Assembly (NCBI GenBank): GCA_044237945.1
Contig: JBIIEH010000001.1
Coordinates: 116,782 to 180,781, forward strand
Direction: 5' to 3'
Origin: Sphingobium sp.
GTDB lineage: Bacteria; Pseudomonadota; Alphaproteobacteria; Sphingomonadales; Sphingomonadaceae
DNA length: 64,000 nt
In this document: piece after piece, positions 54,575 to 64,000 of the stretch
How the letters are laid out: each line of letters begins with the position of its first letter
Position numbering within the stretch: position 1 is the first letter of the stretch
Program-made: the position numbers and the translations under genes
Notes under the pieces: model-generated
Told to the model about the DNA's origin: nothing
Databases searched by the model: none
What the model saw: the letters and a program-made list of their open reading frames with translations, nothing else

Positions 54575-55228
54575 ATGGCAAGGACATCGCCCGGATCGCT
54601 CAAAGGGGTTCCGCTGAAGGGAACCCCGCTCGCCCTGATCGAGGCCGCCGAGCGCCTGTTCGGTCAGCACGGCATCGAGAATGTGTCACTGCGCCAGATC
54701 CGGCTGGAGGCCGCAGCGGGCAATAATTCAGCCATCGCCTATCATTTCAGCGACCGTGCCAAGCTGGTCAGCGCGATCTGGGAACATCGCCTGCCCCAAC
54801 TCGACGCCGCGCGTCGGATATGGCTGAACAAAATGTACGCCGCCGGCACGCAGCAGGATGCGCGCGCCGTGCTGCGCGTTCTGGTCATGCCCAATTACGA
54901 TCTGATGGATGCCCATGGCGTGCATCGCTACACTGCCTTCTTCCGCCACGCCCTGCGCTGGCGAGAGGGCGAGGTGATCCGCAACGACATGCAGGATACG
55001 ACACCGGCCAGCCAGGAAGCGCTGTCGCTGTTCTATGCGCTGCGCCCGGATGTCGACCCGGCGCTGCTCAACTATCGCCTGCGCCATGCGACCTGCATGT
55101 TCTTCGACATGATCTTCGAACGCGACAGCGCGATCACCGCCGGCCGCGCCGTGATGGCGGAGGACATGTTCCTGAAGGAAGGGATCGCGATGATGGAAAG
55201 CGCCTGCCTGCGCCCTGCCGTCGGCTGA
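54575..55228 (+). CDS. TetR-family transcriptional regulator
   Basis: HTH VSLRQIRLEAAAGNNSAIAYHFSDRAKL. GGAGGAGG RBS. Confidence 0.9.
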   Translation: MARTSPGSLKGVPLKGTPLALIEAAERLFGQHGIENVSLRQIRLEAAAGNNSAIAYHFSDRAKLVSAIWEHRLPQLDAARRIWLNKMYAAGTQQDARAVLRVLVMPNYDLMDAHGVHRYTAFFRHALRWREGEVIRNDMQDTTPASQEALSLFYALRPDVDPALLNYRLRHATCMFFDMIFERDSAITAGRAVMAEDMFLKEGIAMMESACLRPAVG

Positions 55229-55330
55229 TCCTGCCCGTCCGCTAGACATCTCGATCGCGCCTGTCGTGCGCCCATTCCGATCACGTACATGATCCATGGT
55301 CCGTCAGGCCAAGAGAGGTTATGGCCAGCG

Positions 55331-55370
55331 ATAAGATACATGTCTTATATTGAGTAACATGTCTTACAGC
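55331..55370. promoter_or_regulatory. candidate TetR operator sites 2 and 3, upstream of TBDR-4
   Basis: ATAAGATACATGTCTTATATTG (55331-55352) is immediately followed by AGTAACATGTCTTACAGC (55353-55370), 39-78 bp upstream of the GTG start. Confidence 0.6.
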
Positions 55371-55408
55371 TAATGTAGGGCGGTGAACGATACGGGGAGG
55401 AGACATTC

Positions 55409-57760
55409 GTGAAGCATCTGACTGCACTCATGCATCTGGGCGCGTCGGCGACCGGGATCGCCATGGCCCTGGCGGCGACATCCGCGTCGGCGCAGGGCGT
55501 CGAGGAGATCGTCGTCACCGCGCAGAAGCGCGAAGAGAATATGCAGGACGTGCCGATCGCAGTCAGCGCCTATTCCAGCGCCGCGCTGGAAGCGCGCGGG
55601 GCGACTGCGCTTACCTCCCTGTTCCAGGCTCCGCCGCCCGGTGTCGTGATGCAGCCTTTCGCTGGCAGCCAGAGCCTGTTGATCGTTGACATGCGCGGCG
55701 TCACCAACGGCGATCCAGGGCAGGGCACGTCGGAGGTCGGCACGGCGGTCTATCTGGACGATGTCTATCTGGGCCGGGCGCAGGGGCTGGGCCTGGAGCT
55801 GGCCGACCCGGAACGGATCGAGGTGCTGCGCGGTCCGCAGGGCACGCTGTTTGGCCGCAATGCGGAGGGCGGCGCGATCCGTGTCGTGACCAAGAAGCCG
55901 ACCGGGGAATTTGGCGGTTCGGCCAAATTGGCCGTCGGAAATTACGATCAGCGCCGCTATGAGGCGCATCTCAACCTGCCGGAGATCGCCGGCTTTTCGG
56001 TCAAGCTGGACTATCTCAACACCAGGCATGACGGCTACACCAGCGCTGGCCCGCGTGTCGCCCGCATCGCACGGCAGGCAGATTTCGGCGCGCTGGATGC
56101 GGAGGGCTATCGCGCCAGTGTACGCTGGCAGCCAACCGACACGATCACCGTCGATTACGCCTATGACCATTCGACCACAGATGATGTCCGCGACTATAAC
56201 GTACTTGGCGCGCCGCCTTATGGTTTTGCGCCTTTTGGTCCGTTGACCCCGCTCAGCACCTTCACCGCGCCGGGCGGCCAGCCGCGTACGGGCATCGACC
56301 GCCGCGTCGATGACGCCTGGATTTCGCTCTACAACGCGCCATTTCGCGTGAAAGCGCAGGGCCATACCGTACAGGCCGGCTGGGAACTCAACGACAATCT
56401 GACGCTGCGGTCGATCACCGCCTTTCGCAAGACCCGCGAAAAGGGGGCTAACCAGTTGGGCGGCGCCTTCACTGTATCCAGCCTGGGACCGACGGGGCGG
56501 CCGATCTCGCTGCTGGTGCCGGGCCTTGGGACGACCAGCCTGGGCCTCGATCCTTCGACGACCGTCTACGCCATTTCCGGCGTCGCCTCCTACAATGAGG
56601 TCGACCAGAGCCAGGAGAGCCAGGAGTTCCAGTTGGTCGGCTCCTTCGACGAGATCGAGTTCGTGATTGGCGCCTATTATTTCCACGAGAAGGTCAACGA
56701 CCTGCGCCAGTCCTTTCTGAGCGTCGTCTTCACGGATCCGGGCCTGACCAACGCGGTCGGCGTGAACCCGTTCACCGTGGGCAGCGCCGGCGCGGGACTG
56801 GGCGTGCAGAATGCCGAGTCCACCTCCTATGCCGGCTTTGGACAGGCGACCTGGTCGCCGGGTTTCGCGGGCGATCGCCTGCATCTGACGGCTGGCCTGC
56901 GTTACACGGACGACAAGAAACTCTTCCTGCGCTCCGTCAGCAATGGCGCAGTGGTCAATCAGGTCGGCGCGCCGTTCCGGGAGAAGCGTTTCGACCCGGC
57001 CTTTACCATCGCCTATGACGTGGCCGACGCCGTCAACATCTATGCCAAATATTCGCAGGCCTATCGCGCCGGCGGCGTTTCCGTCCGATCGCCTTTGTTC
57101 AAGCCGTTCGGCGCGGAAGTGAACAAGGCCTATGAATTGGGCGTCAAGAGCGAGTTTCTCGACCGCCGTCTGCGCGTCAATGCAGCCCTCTTCGAAAACC
57201 GCATCCACAATCGCCAGATCACCGCACAGCTCGATCCGACCGGCAATCCCGCGGTCACCGACACGCTGAATGCGCCCGGCGTCACCCGCATTCGCGGCGC
57301 GGAGCTCGAGATCGTGGCGGCACCGACGCGCGGGCTTCAGGTGTCGGGCACCTATGCCTTTCTCGATGGGCATCGGCCGCCCAGCTACACGCAGATTGAC
57401 CCCAATGCCGAACTGCGCATTCAGAGCCTGCCGCGCCATGCCATCACAGTGGCCGTCGATTATACGCTCCCGATCGAGTCTGTCGGCGAACTCGCCTTCC
57501 ATCTCGATTATGCGATGGCCAGCGACACGCCGGGCACGGGCCGCGTCGCCTATGGCGCGTTCGCCTGGGACATCCAGCGTGACGTGACCAACGCCCGCAT
57601 CGCGTTGCAGAATGTGGAAGTCGGGCCGACCAAATGGCGGCTCGCCTTCTTCGGCAAGAACCTCTTCGACAATGCCTATCCCGTGTTCACCGCGCCGGGT
57701 GCGAATGCCATCCTCTCGGCGCCGCGCACCTATGGGCTGGAACTCGGCGCGGCCTTCTGA
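55409..57760 (+). CDS. TonB-dependent receptor (TBDR-4, close paralog of TBDR-1)
   Basis: GTG start after GGAGGAG. Signal peptide ...ATSASAQG, IVVTAQKR, ADPERIEVLRGPQGTLFGRNAEGGAIR identical to TBDR-1, terminal ...YGLELGAAF. Confidence 0.95.
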   Translation: MKHLTALMHLGASATGIAMALAATSASAQGVEEIVVTAQKREENMQDVPIAVSAYSSAALEARGATALTSLFQAPPPGVVMQPFAGSQSLLIVDMRGVTNGDPGQGTSEVGTAVYLDDVYLGRAQGLGLELADPERIEVLRGPQGTLFGRNAEGGAIRVVTKKPTGEFGGSAKLAVGNYDQRRYEAHLNLPEIAGFSVKLDYLNTRHDGYTSAGPRVARIARQADFGALDAEGYRASVRWQPTDTITVDYAYDHSTTDDVRDYNVLGAPPYGFAPFGPLTPLSTFTAPGGQPRTGIDRRVDDAWISLYNAPFRVKAQGHTVQAGWELNDNLTLRSITAFRKTREKGANQLGGAFTVSSLGPTGRPISLLVPGLGTTSLGLDPSTTVYAISGVASYNEVDQSQESQEFQLVGSFDEIEFVIGAYYFHEKVNDLRQSFLSVVFTDPGLTNAVGVNPFTVGSAGAGLGVQNAESTSYAGFGQATWSPGFAGDRLHLTAGLRYTDDKKLFLRSVSNGAVVNQVGAPFREKRFDPAFTIAYDVADAVNIYAKYSQAYRAGGVSVRSPLFKPFGAEVNKAYELGVKSEFLDRRLRVNAALFENRIHNRQITAQLDPTGNPAVTDTLNAPGVTRIRGAELEIVAAPTRGLQVSGTYAFLDGHRPPSYTQIDPNAELRIQSLPRHAITVAVDYTLPIESVGELAFHLDYAMASDTPGTGRVAYGAFAWDIQRDVTNARIALQNVEVGPTKWRLAFFGKNLFDNAYPVFTAPGANAILSAPRTYGLELGAAF

Positions 57761-57776
57761 TCCAGATGCATCCCCT

Positions 57777-57811
57777 GGCGCGCGGCCTGGTTCGAGGCCG
57801 CGCGCCCTTTT
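57777..57811 (+). terminator. strong rho-independent terminator between TBDR-4 and the MFS gene
   Basis: GGCGCGCGGCC-tggttcga-GGCCGCGCGCC, an 11-bp perfect GC stem, then CTTTT. The MFS ATG is 19 nt further on. Confidence 0.7.
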
Positions 57812-57829
57812 CCGGCATGGAGGCTTTGC

Positions 57830-59059
57830 ATGACCCGTTCCGCCGATGAATGGCGACGTCACTGGCCGGTGGTCGCCGCATCCTCCATTGGCGTGGCGAC
57901 GGGCTTTTCGATGCTCCAGTTCAACGCGAGCATCTTCATCCAGCCCTGGCAGGACAGCTTCGGATGGTCACGAGGGGAGATCGCGGCCGCCCATAACGGC
58001 ATGATCCTGACGGCCCTGCTGTCGCCCTTCGCCGGTGCTATGCTGGATCGGTTCGGGGTCCGCCGGCCGCTCATCCTCGCCATGATGCTGATGGGCATGG
58101 CCTACATCGCAATGGCGCAACTGACCGGATCGCTGGCCCAATATTACGCGACCTATCTGGTGCTGCAACTGGTGGGCATCTTCACGACGGGCCTGGCTTT
58201 CACGCGGGTGGTTGCAGCGCGTTTCACCGCGTCGCGCGGGCTGGCGCTGGCCTGTACGCGCATCGGCATATCGGTACTGGGCATCTTCCTGCCGCCATTG
58301 CTGCACTGGCTGATCGCGCATCATGGCTGGCAGGCGGGTTTTTACCTGCTGGCCGGCATCGTCCTGCTGGTCGGCCTGCCCACCTGCCTGATCGGCATTC
58401 GCGACACCGCCCGGACAACGCAGCCGCGCAACGGCGTGAAAGAGGGCTTCCTCACGCTGGTCCGTCGCGACCGCAAGGTGGCGCAACTGTGTGTCTGTGC
58501 GGCGCTCGGCTATGTGCCGCTCACCATGGCGCTCAGCCAGTTCCAGCCGCTGATGACCGAATTGTCGATCGCGCCGCAGGATGCCGCGACGCTAACCGGG
58601 GTGCTGGCGGGATCGGTCCTGATCGGCACGCTGATGTCGGGCCTGCTGGTCGATCGGGTATGGGCGCCGATCGTGGCCTGCCTGTTCAGCCTGGGTCCGC
58701 TGATCGGCTGCGGCCTGATGCTGTCGGGCGAGTTGAGCTTTCCGGCCGCCCTGGTCGTCGCGGTGTTGATCGGGGCCTCTCAGGGGGCGGAGATCGATGT
58801 CGTGGCTTATCTTTCCGCCCGCTATTTCGGCATGAGGCACTATTCGGCGATCTATGGCAGCACCGTGGCGACAATGGCGCTGGCCGGCGTCGTAGGGCAG
58901 GTCGGCATTGGTTATCTGCATGATTATGCCGGCAGCTATCGGCTCGCGCTGATGGTCATGATGGCTATTTTGGCGCTGTCGATCCCCTTCTATCTGCTGC
59001 TGGGGCCATATCCTGACCTGGTCGAGGACGAAGGACCGGCTGGCGGTCAAGCACCGTAG
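57830..59059 (+). CDS. MFS transporter (paralog of 24075..25361)
   Basis: 409 aa with 12 hydrophobic segments. FGWSRGEIAAAH...MLDRFGVRRP pattern. Confidence 0.88.
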   Translation: MTRSADEWRRHWPVVAASSIGVATGFSMLQFNASIFIQPWQDSFGWSRGEIAAAHNGMILTALLSPFAGAMLDRFGVRRPLILAMMLMGMAYIAMAQLTGSLAQYYATYLVLQLVGIFTTGLAFTRVVAARFTASRGLALACTRIGISVLGIFLPPLLHWLIAHHGWQAGFYLLAGIVLLVGLPTCLIGIRDTARTTQPRNGVKEGFLTLVRRDRKVAQLCVCAALGYVPLTMALSQFQPLMTELSIAPQDAATLTGVLAGSVLIGTLMSGLLVDRVWAPIVACLFSLGPLIGCGLMLSGELSFPAALVVAVLIGASQGAEIDVVAYLSARYFGMRHYSAIYGSTVATMALAGVVGQVGIGYLHDYAGSYRLALMVMMAILALSIPFYLLLGPYPDLVEDEGPAGGQAP

Positions 59060-59219
59060 CACCGTTGCGACGGTGCAAGGGAGAGCAGGTCGCCGTTATT
59101 GCCTGTCCGATCCAGCTATCGGAAGTCACAGCGCGCCCTCTCACCCCTATTCTGGAACAATGTCGCGTTCGGTTCTGCGGCATTGATGGGAGCGCCCTGA
59201 TGCGCGGCGCTCGCGACCA

Positions 59220-59522
59220 TAAGGCGCAGGAGCGGGATCGGCCGCCGCCCGCGACCTGGCCAACGCCGCCGACCTCCGCATGGGGGAGCGTGACGTCATT
59301 GCCCTTGACCCGCAAAACGATCCGCTCGACGGCGGTGACCTGCGCCAAGGCATGGGTCGCCAGCGCGCCCGACGTTGTCAGCCGCAGCGTGTCGGTGCCG
59401 CCGCGCCCGTTCGGCCGGTCGCCGCTGGTGAGGTTGGCGACGGAAAAGAGGAAGACATCATCCTCCGCATCGGAGCCGATGAAGGCGTCATTCGCGTTGG
59501 GGTTGCCCGTGAAAGTCGCCAC
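59220..59522 (-). pseudogene. remnant of an RTX/hemolysin-type Ca-binding-repeat-like protein
   Basis: ATFTGNPNANDAFIGSDAEDDVFLFSVANLTSGDRPNGRGGTDTLRLTTSGALATHALAQVTAVERIVL has the G-x-x-x-D-x-F and GG-x-G-x-D-TL-x-L pattern of such proteins. A possible GVG-type start is the GTG at 59522. Further 3', the frame becomes Arg-rich nonsense and runs into the MFS gene. Boundaries are approximate. Confidence 0.3.
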
Positions 59523-59746
59523 CGCCGTTCCCTTCGCTGCATAGTCGGTCTCGGTTCGAACAAGGCACAATATCCATGCGCTCTCCAAGTCGGCTTCAGG
59601 CATTCACGCCAGAGCGCGCGAAATGGAAGACATAAGAAGCCGAAAACGCCAAGGATCACTATTTCCCCGCTGCCTGTCAAACCTCCGGAATTGAACGCCA
59701 AACCCTGAAAGCGGCGATTCGCAAGTTCGGGCGCGGTGATCCTGCG

Positions 59747-60810
<1,064 letters not shown>

Positions 60811-60814
<4 letters not shown>

Positions 60815-61593
60815 CTCCTGAGATAGGGGAGGGCGAGGCGATGGAATGCGGCCGGATCGGTCACGTTGCAGGCGTGGCCGCCCCAGTCGAGCGTGGCGGC
60901 TTCGGCCTGATCGGACGCATTGGCGAGGTCGAGCGCCGTGGCGTAGGGCACGAGGAAATCGTCGCGGGCAGCGATGACGAGCAGGCTTTGCAACGCCGCC
61001 AGTCCGGCCGGGTCGGGCGCATAAGCCTGCACGGCGGCGATGCGCTTCGCCGTGGTTTCAATGCCGGGGAATGTCGCGAGATGATGTTCCAGTTCCGCCG
61101 CCAATTGCTTGTCATGCGCGGCGATCCAGTCGGGCGGATAAAGGAACAGCGGCTGCGCTTCGAGAAAGGCGCGCTCGCCCGCGCCATGGAGCAGCGCCAG
61201 ACGTGCCGCGAAACAGCGCCGCGTGTGCGGGGAGAGCGATCGCCAGCCATTGATGACGACCAGACGATCGATCCGCCCGGTGCGAATCGCGGTTTCCACG
61301 CCGATCGCGCCGCCCAGCGCATGGCCGATGAAATGCGCCCGCTCGATGTCGAGGGCGTCCATCAGGGCGATCACGTCGCTCGCCATATCCCCGACCGATG
61401 TGACATCGGGCAAAGCGCGGTCGCTGCGGCCGGTCCCGCGATGGTCATAGGCGATGACGTGGAAATATTCGGTCAGCGCCGGTAGGTTCGGCGCCCAATA
61501 GCCCGCCGATCCGCCTAGGCCGCTCGACAGGATCAGCGGCGGCGCATCCGCCGCTCCGTGGGTTTCGTAATAGAGGCCGCCCGCCTCAGCCAA
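60811..61593 (-). CDS. rutD: aminoacrylate hydrolase RutD (alpha/beta hydrolase)
   Basis: [24 protein letters not shown] nucleophile elbow, NGW...[28 protein letters not shown]. All parallel E. coli RutD. Confidence 0.9.
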
Positions 61594-61968
61594 GATGGGC
61601 GACCGAGGCGATCTCGACCAGGCAGTCCGGCTTCACCAGATCGCATTTGATGCAGTAGCGCGCCGGCTTGTCGCCCGGAAAATAGTCTGCGTAGACCGCA
61701 TTGAACGCGGCGTAGTCGTTCAGGTCTTTGAGGAAGATATGGTTCATGGCGATGTCCGCCATCGTTCCGCCGGCGGCCTCCACCGTGATCTTGATGACCT
61801 CCAGCACATGGCGCGTCTGTGCGGCGGCGTCGCCCACATGCAGCACCACGCCGCCTTCGCCCAGCGCCAGCACGCCCGACACATAGATCGTGTCGCCGGC
61901 CTTCGCGCCGGCCGAATAGGGCGCGATGGGCGTGGGGAATTGCGGTGGATTGATCGGTTCGAAGGGCA

Positions 61969-61969
<1 letters not shown>
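61586..61969 (-). CDS. rutC: RutC (RidA/YjgF-family aminoacrylate peracid reductase)
   Basis: AQTRHVLE.I....AGGTMAD..., [24 protein letters not shown] parallels E. coli RutC. Confidence 0.9.
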
Positions 61970-62703
<734 letters not shown>

Positions 62704-62773
62704 CCGCGCAGGATTGAGCAGATGCAGCGGGCGGTCAAGCCGGGATGCGGGCAGCGCCCGACGATACGACGGA

Positions 62774-64000
62774 TCAGCGGGTTTTCCTGACCTTGGACGC
62801 CAGATCCCGCACCATGCCGAACATGGTGAGGAATGTTCGCCGGTCGAGCAGGAACATCGCCGATCCGTAGATCAGGCAACCCAGCGTCGCGAACAGGGCG
62901 ACATTGGCGATCGGGCCGAGCATGTCGCCAAGCAGGGTGCGCAGGACGAACAGGACGCCCAACATAATGAGCGAGGCGCCGAGCGCCGGCGCCACCGATC
63001 GGAGCTGGCGTCCGACGGGAAGGCCGAAGAGCCAGGCGATCACGCCCAGGATGATCGGCGTGACGACCAGCATGCGAACCACGTTGCCGGCCGCCGCGCT
63101 CTCGACGCCGTAGCGGGAGAAGATCGCCGCGATGCCGGCGCTGAGCGCGAACTCGACGATATTGAGCAGCAGAACGCCGCGCATGTTGCCGACCGCCATC
63201 AGCAGGTTGGACTTGTAGTAGATGAGCGGCACGAAGACGCCCGTCAGCGTTAGTATCTGCATCAGGACGACGCTCTGCGCCCACTGGTTGCCGAACAGCA
63301 GAGTGATGATTTCCGGCGCCAGGATCAGCGCGCCGAAGAAGATCGGGTAGGCGAAGACGGACGTGAAGGCCATCAGCCGCAGATAGGCGTCCTTGAGTGC
63401 TGCCGGATCGTCCTGAAGGCGGGAGAGGGACGTCAGCGTCACCGACATGACAGGTCGGATCGAAAGTTCCAGCAGCAGGTCGAGGCCGCGCCAGGCGATG
63501 CGTAGATAGCCGAGCAGGGCGGAACCCAGGAAATAGCCGACGATGAGGTCGATCACGCGCTGGTTGCCGACGCCCAGCAGGCTGCTCATGGCGAGCGCAA
63601 AGCCGTCCCGGAGCTGTCCCATGCAGACGCGGGCGTTATAGCGCAGGCCGGGGATCCAGCGGGTCGAAAGGATCATGGCGCCCAGCTGCCAGAACACGAA
63701 GACGAGACGCTGCGCCACCAGGCTGAAGACGCCGGCGCCGGTCAGGGCGAGGGTCATCGACACGACGCCGCTGATGAAGGTCGCCGACACATTGCGCATC
63801 GCCAGTTGCTTGAAGCCGAACAGCCGCCGCAGCTTCGCCTCGTACACGGCGCCGACCGCGAAGAGCAGGGAATAGGGCGAGAGAATCTTCAGCACCGGGG
63901 CGAGAGCGGGCATGGCGAAGAGGACGGCCAGATGATCGGCGCTGAAGAACAGGCCGAGCATCAGCAGCAGGCCGAAGCCGGCGCTGGCCCAGAAGGCGGT
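62774..64000 (-). CDS. Wzx-like polysaccharide/oligosaccharide flippase (C-terminal part; the gene continues beyond the window end)
   Basis: A multi-helix hydrophobic protein with a polysaccharide-biosynthesis-protein-like pattern. The reading frame stays open from 63961 to 64000 ([13 protein letters not shown] upstream of the track Met). Confidence 0.7.
   Translation of the reverse strand, partial: TAFWASAGFGLLLMLGLFFSADHLAVLFAMPALAPVLKILSPYSLLFAVGAVYEAKLRRLFGFKQLAMRNVSATFISGVVSMTLALTGAGVFSLVAQRLVFVFWQLGAMILSTRWIPGLRYNARVCMGQLRDGFALAMSSLLGVGNQRVIDLIVGYFLGSALLGYLRIAWRGLDLLLELSIRPVMSVTLTSLSRLQDDPAALKDAYLRLMAFTSVFAYPIFFGALILAPEIITLLFGNQWAQSVVLMQILTLTGVFVPLIYYKSNLLMAVGNMRGVLLLNIVEFALSAGIAAIFSRYGVESAAAGNVVRMLVVTPIILGVIAWLFGLPVGRQLRSVAPALGASLIMLGVLFVLRTLLGDMLGPIANVALFATLGCLIYGSAMFLLDRRTFLTMFGMVRDLASKVRKTR

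Noticed and set aside
58965-59219. 3' portion of the 212-aa minus-strand ORF 58965..59603, which overlaps the end of the MFS gene
   Set aside because: The translation turns into Arg/Pro/Ser-rich sequence without repeat motifs and lies antisense to a well-supported MFS C-terminus. Only the 5' RTX-like part is kept, as a probable remnant.

Overview
High-GC (roughly mid-60s % by eye) alphaproteobacterial DNA. The gene content suggests Sphingomonadaceae (Sphingobium/Novosphingobium/Sphingomonas-like), but that is an inference. The window is an almost gap-free accessory catabolic region of about 60 genes. It holds four TonB-dependent receptors (TBDRs), three MFS transporters, and five cytochrome P450s, four of them P450cam/CYP101-like. 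It also holds about ten SDR-type dehydrogenases, beta-oxidation-type enzymes (acyl-CoA ligase, enoyl-CoA hydratase, thiolase, MFE-2-like dehydrogenase) and a secreted Cys-type sulfatase. Other genes include two TauD/TfdA dioxygenases next to a stand-alone molybdopterin oxidoreductase and a FadH/TMADH-like flavoprotein, GMC/ALDH/VOC/amidohydrolase enzymes, and a tightly coupled rutB-C-D-A pyrimidine module next to a Wzx-like flippase fragment. Regulators are three LysR, two TetR and one flavin-reductase::MarR fusion. I saw no rRNA, tRNA, CRISPR array, IS element, integrase or phage genes. The signals most worth follow-up are listed here. (1) A TetR-centred locus at 45.9-59.1 kb (TBDR + MFS + 8-gene oxidative operon with two P450s) whose two control regions share a near-identical 22-bp motif. 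(2) An SD / anti-SD / anti-anti-SD arrangement in the long leader of the TBDR at 41135. (3) A 10-bp perfect palindrome, TTGCATGCAA, present four times and only in promoter regions. (4) A LysR-linked operon of FadH-like flavoprotein, two TauD dioxygenases and a molybdoenzyme, of unknown function. (5) A flavin reductase fused to a MarR domain. (6) A 1-nt frameshift splitting an otherwise intact aldehyde dehydrogenase. (7) A three-way-junction-like structured element between convergent genes. (8) A low-GC orphan gene between two LysR genes. All protein calls rest on motifs I could read in the supplied translations. No database search was run.
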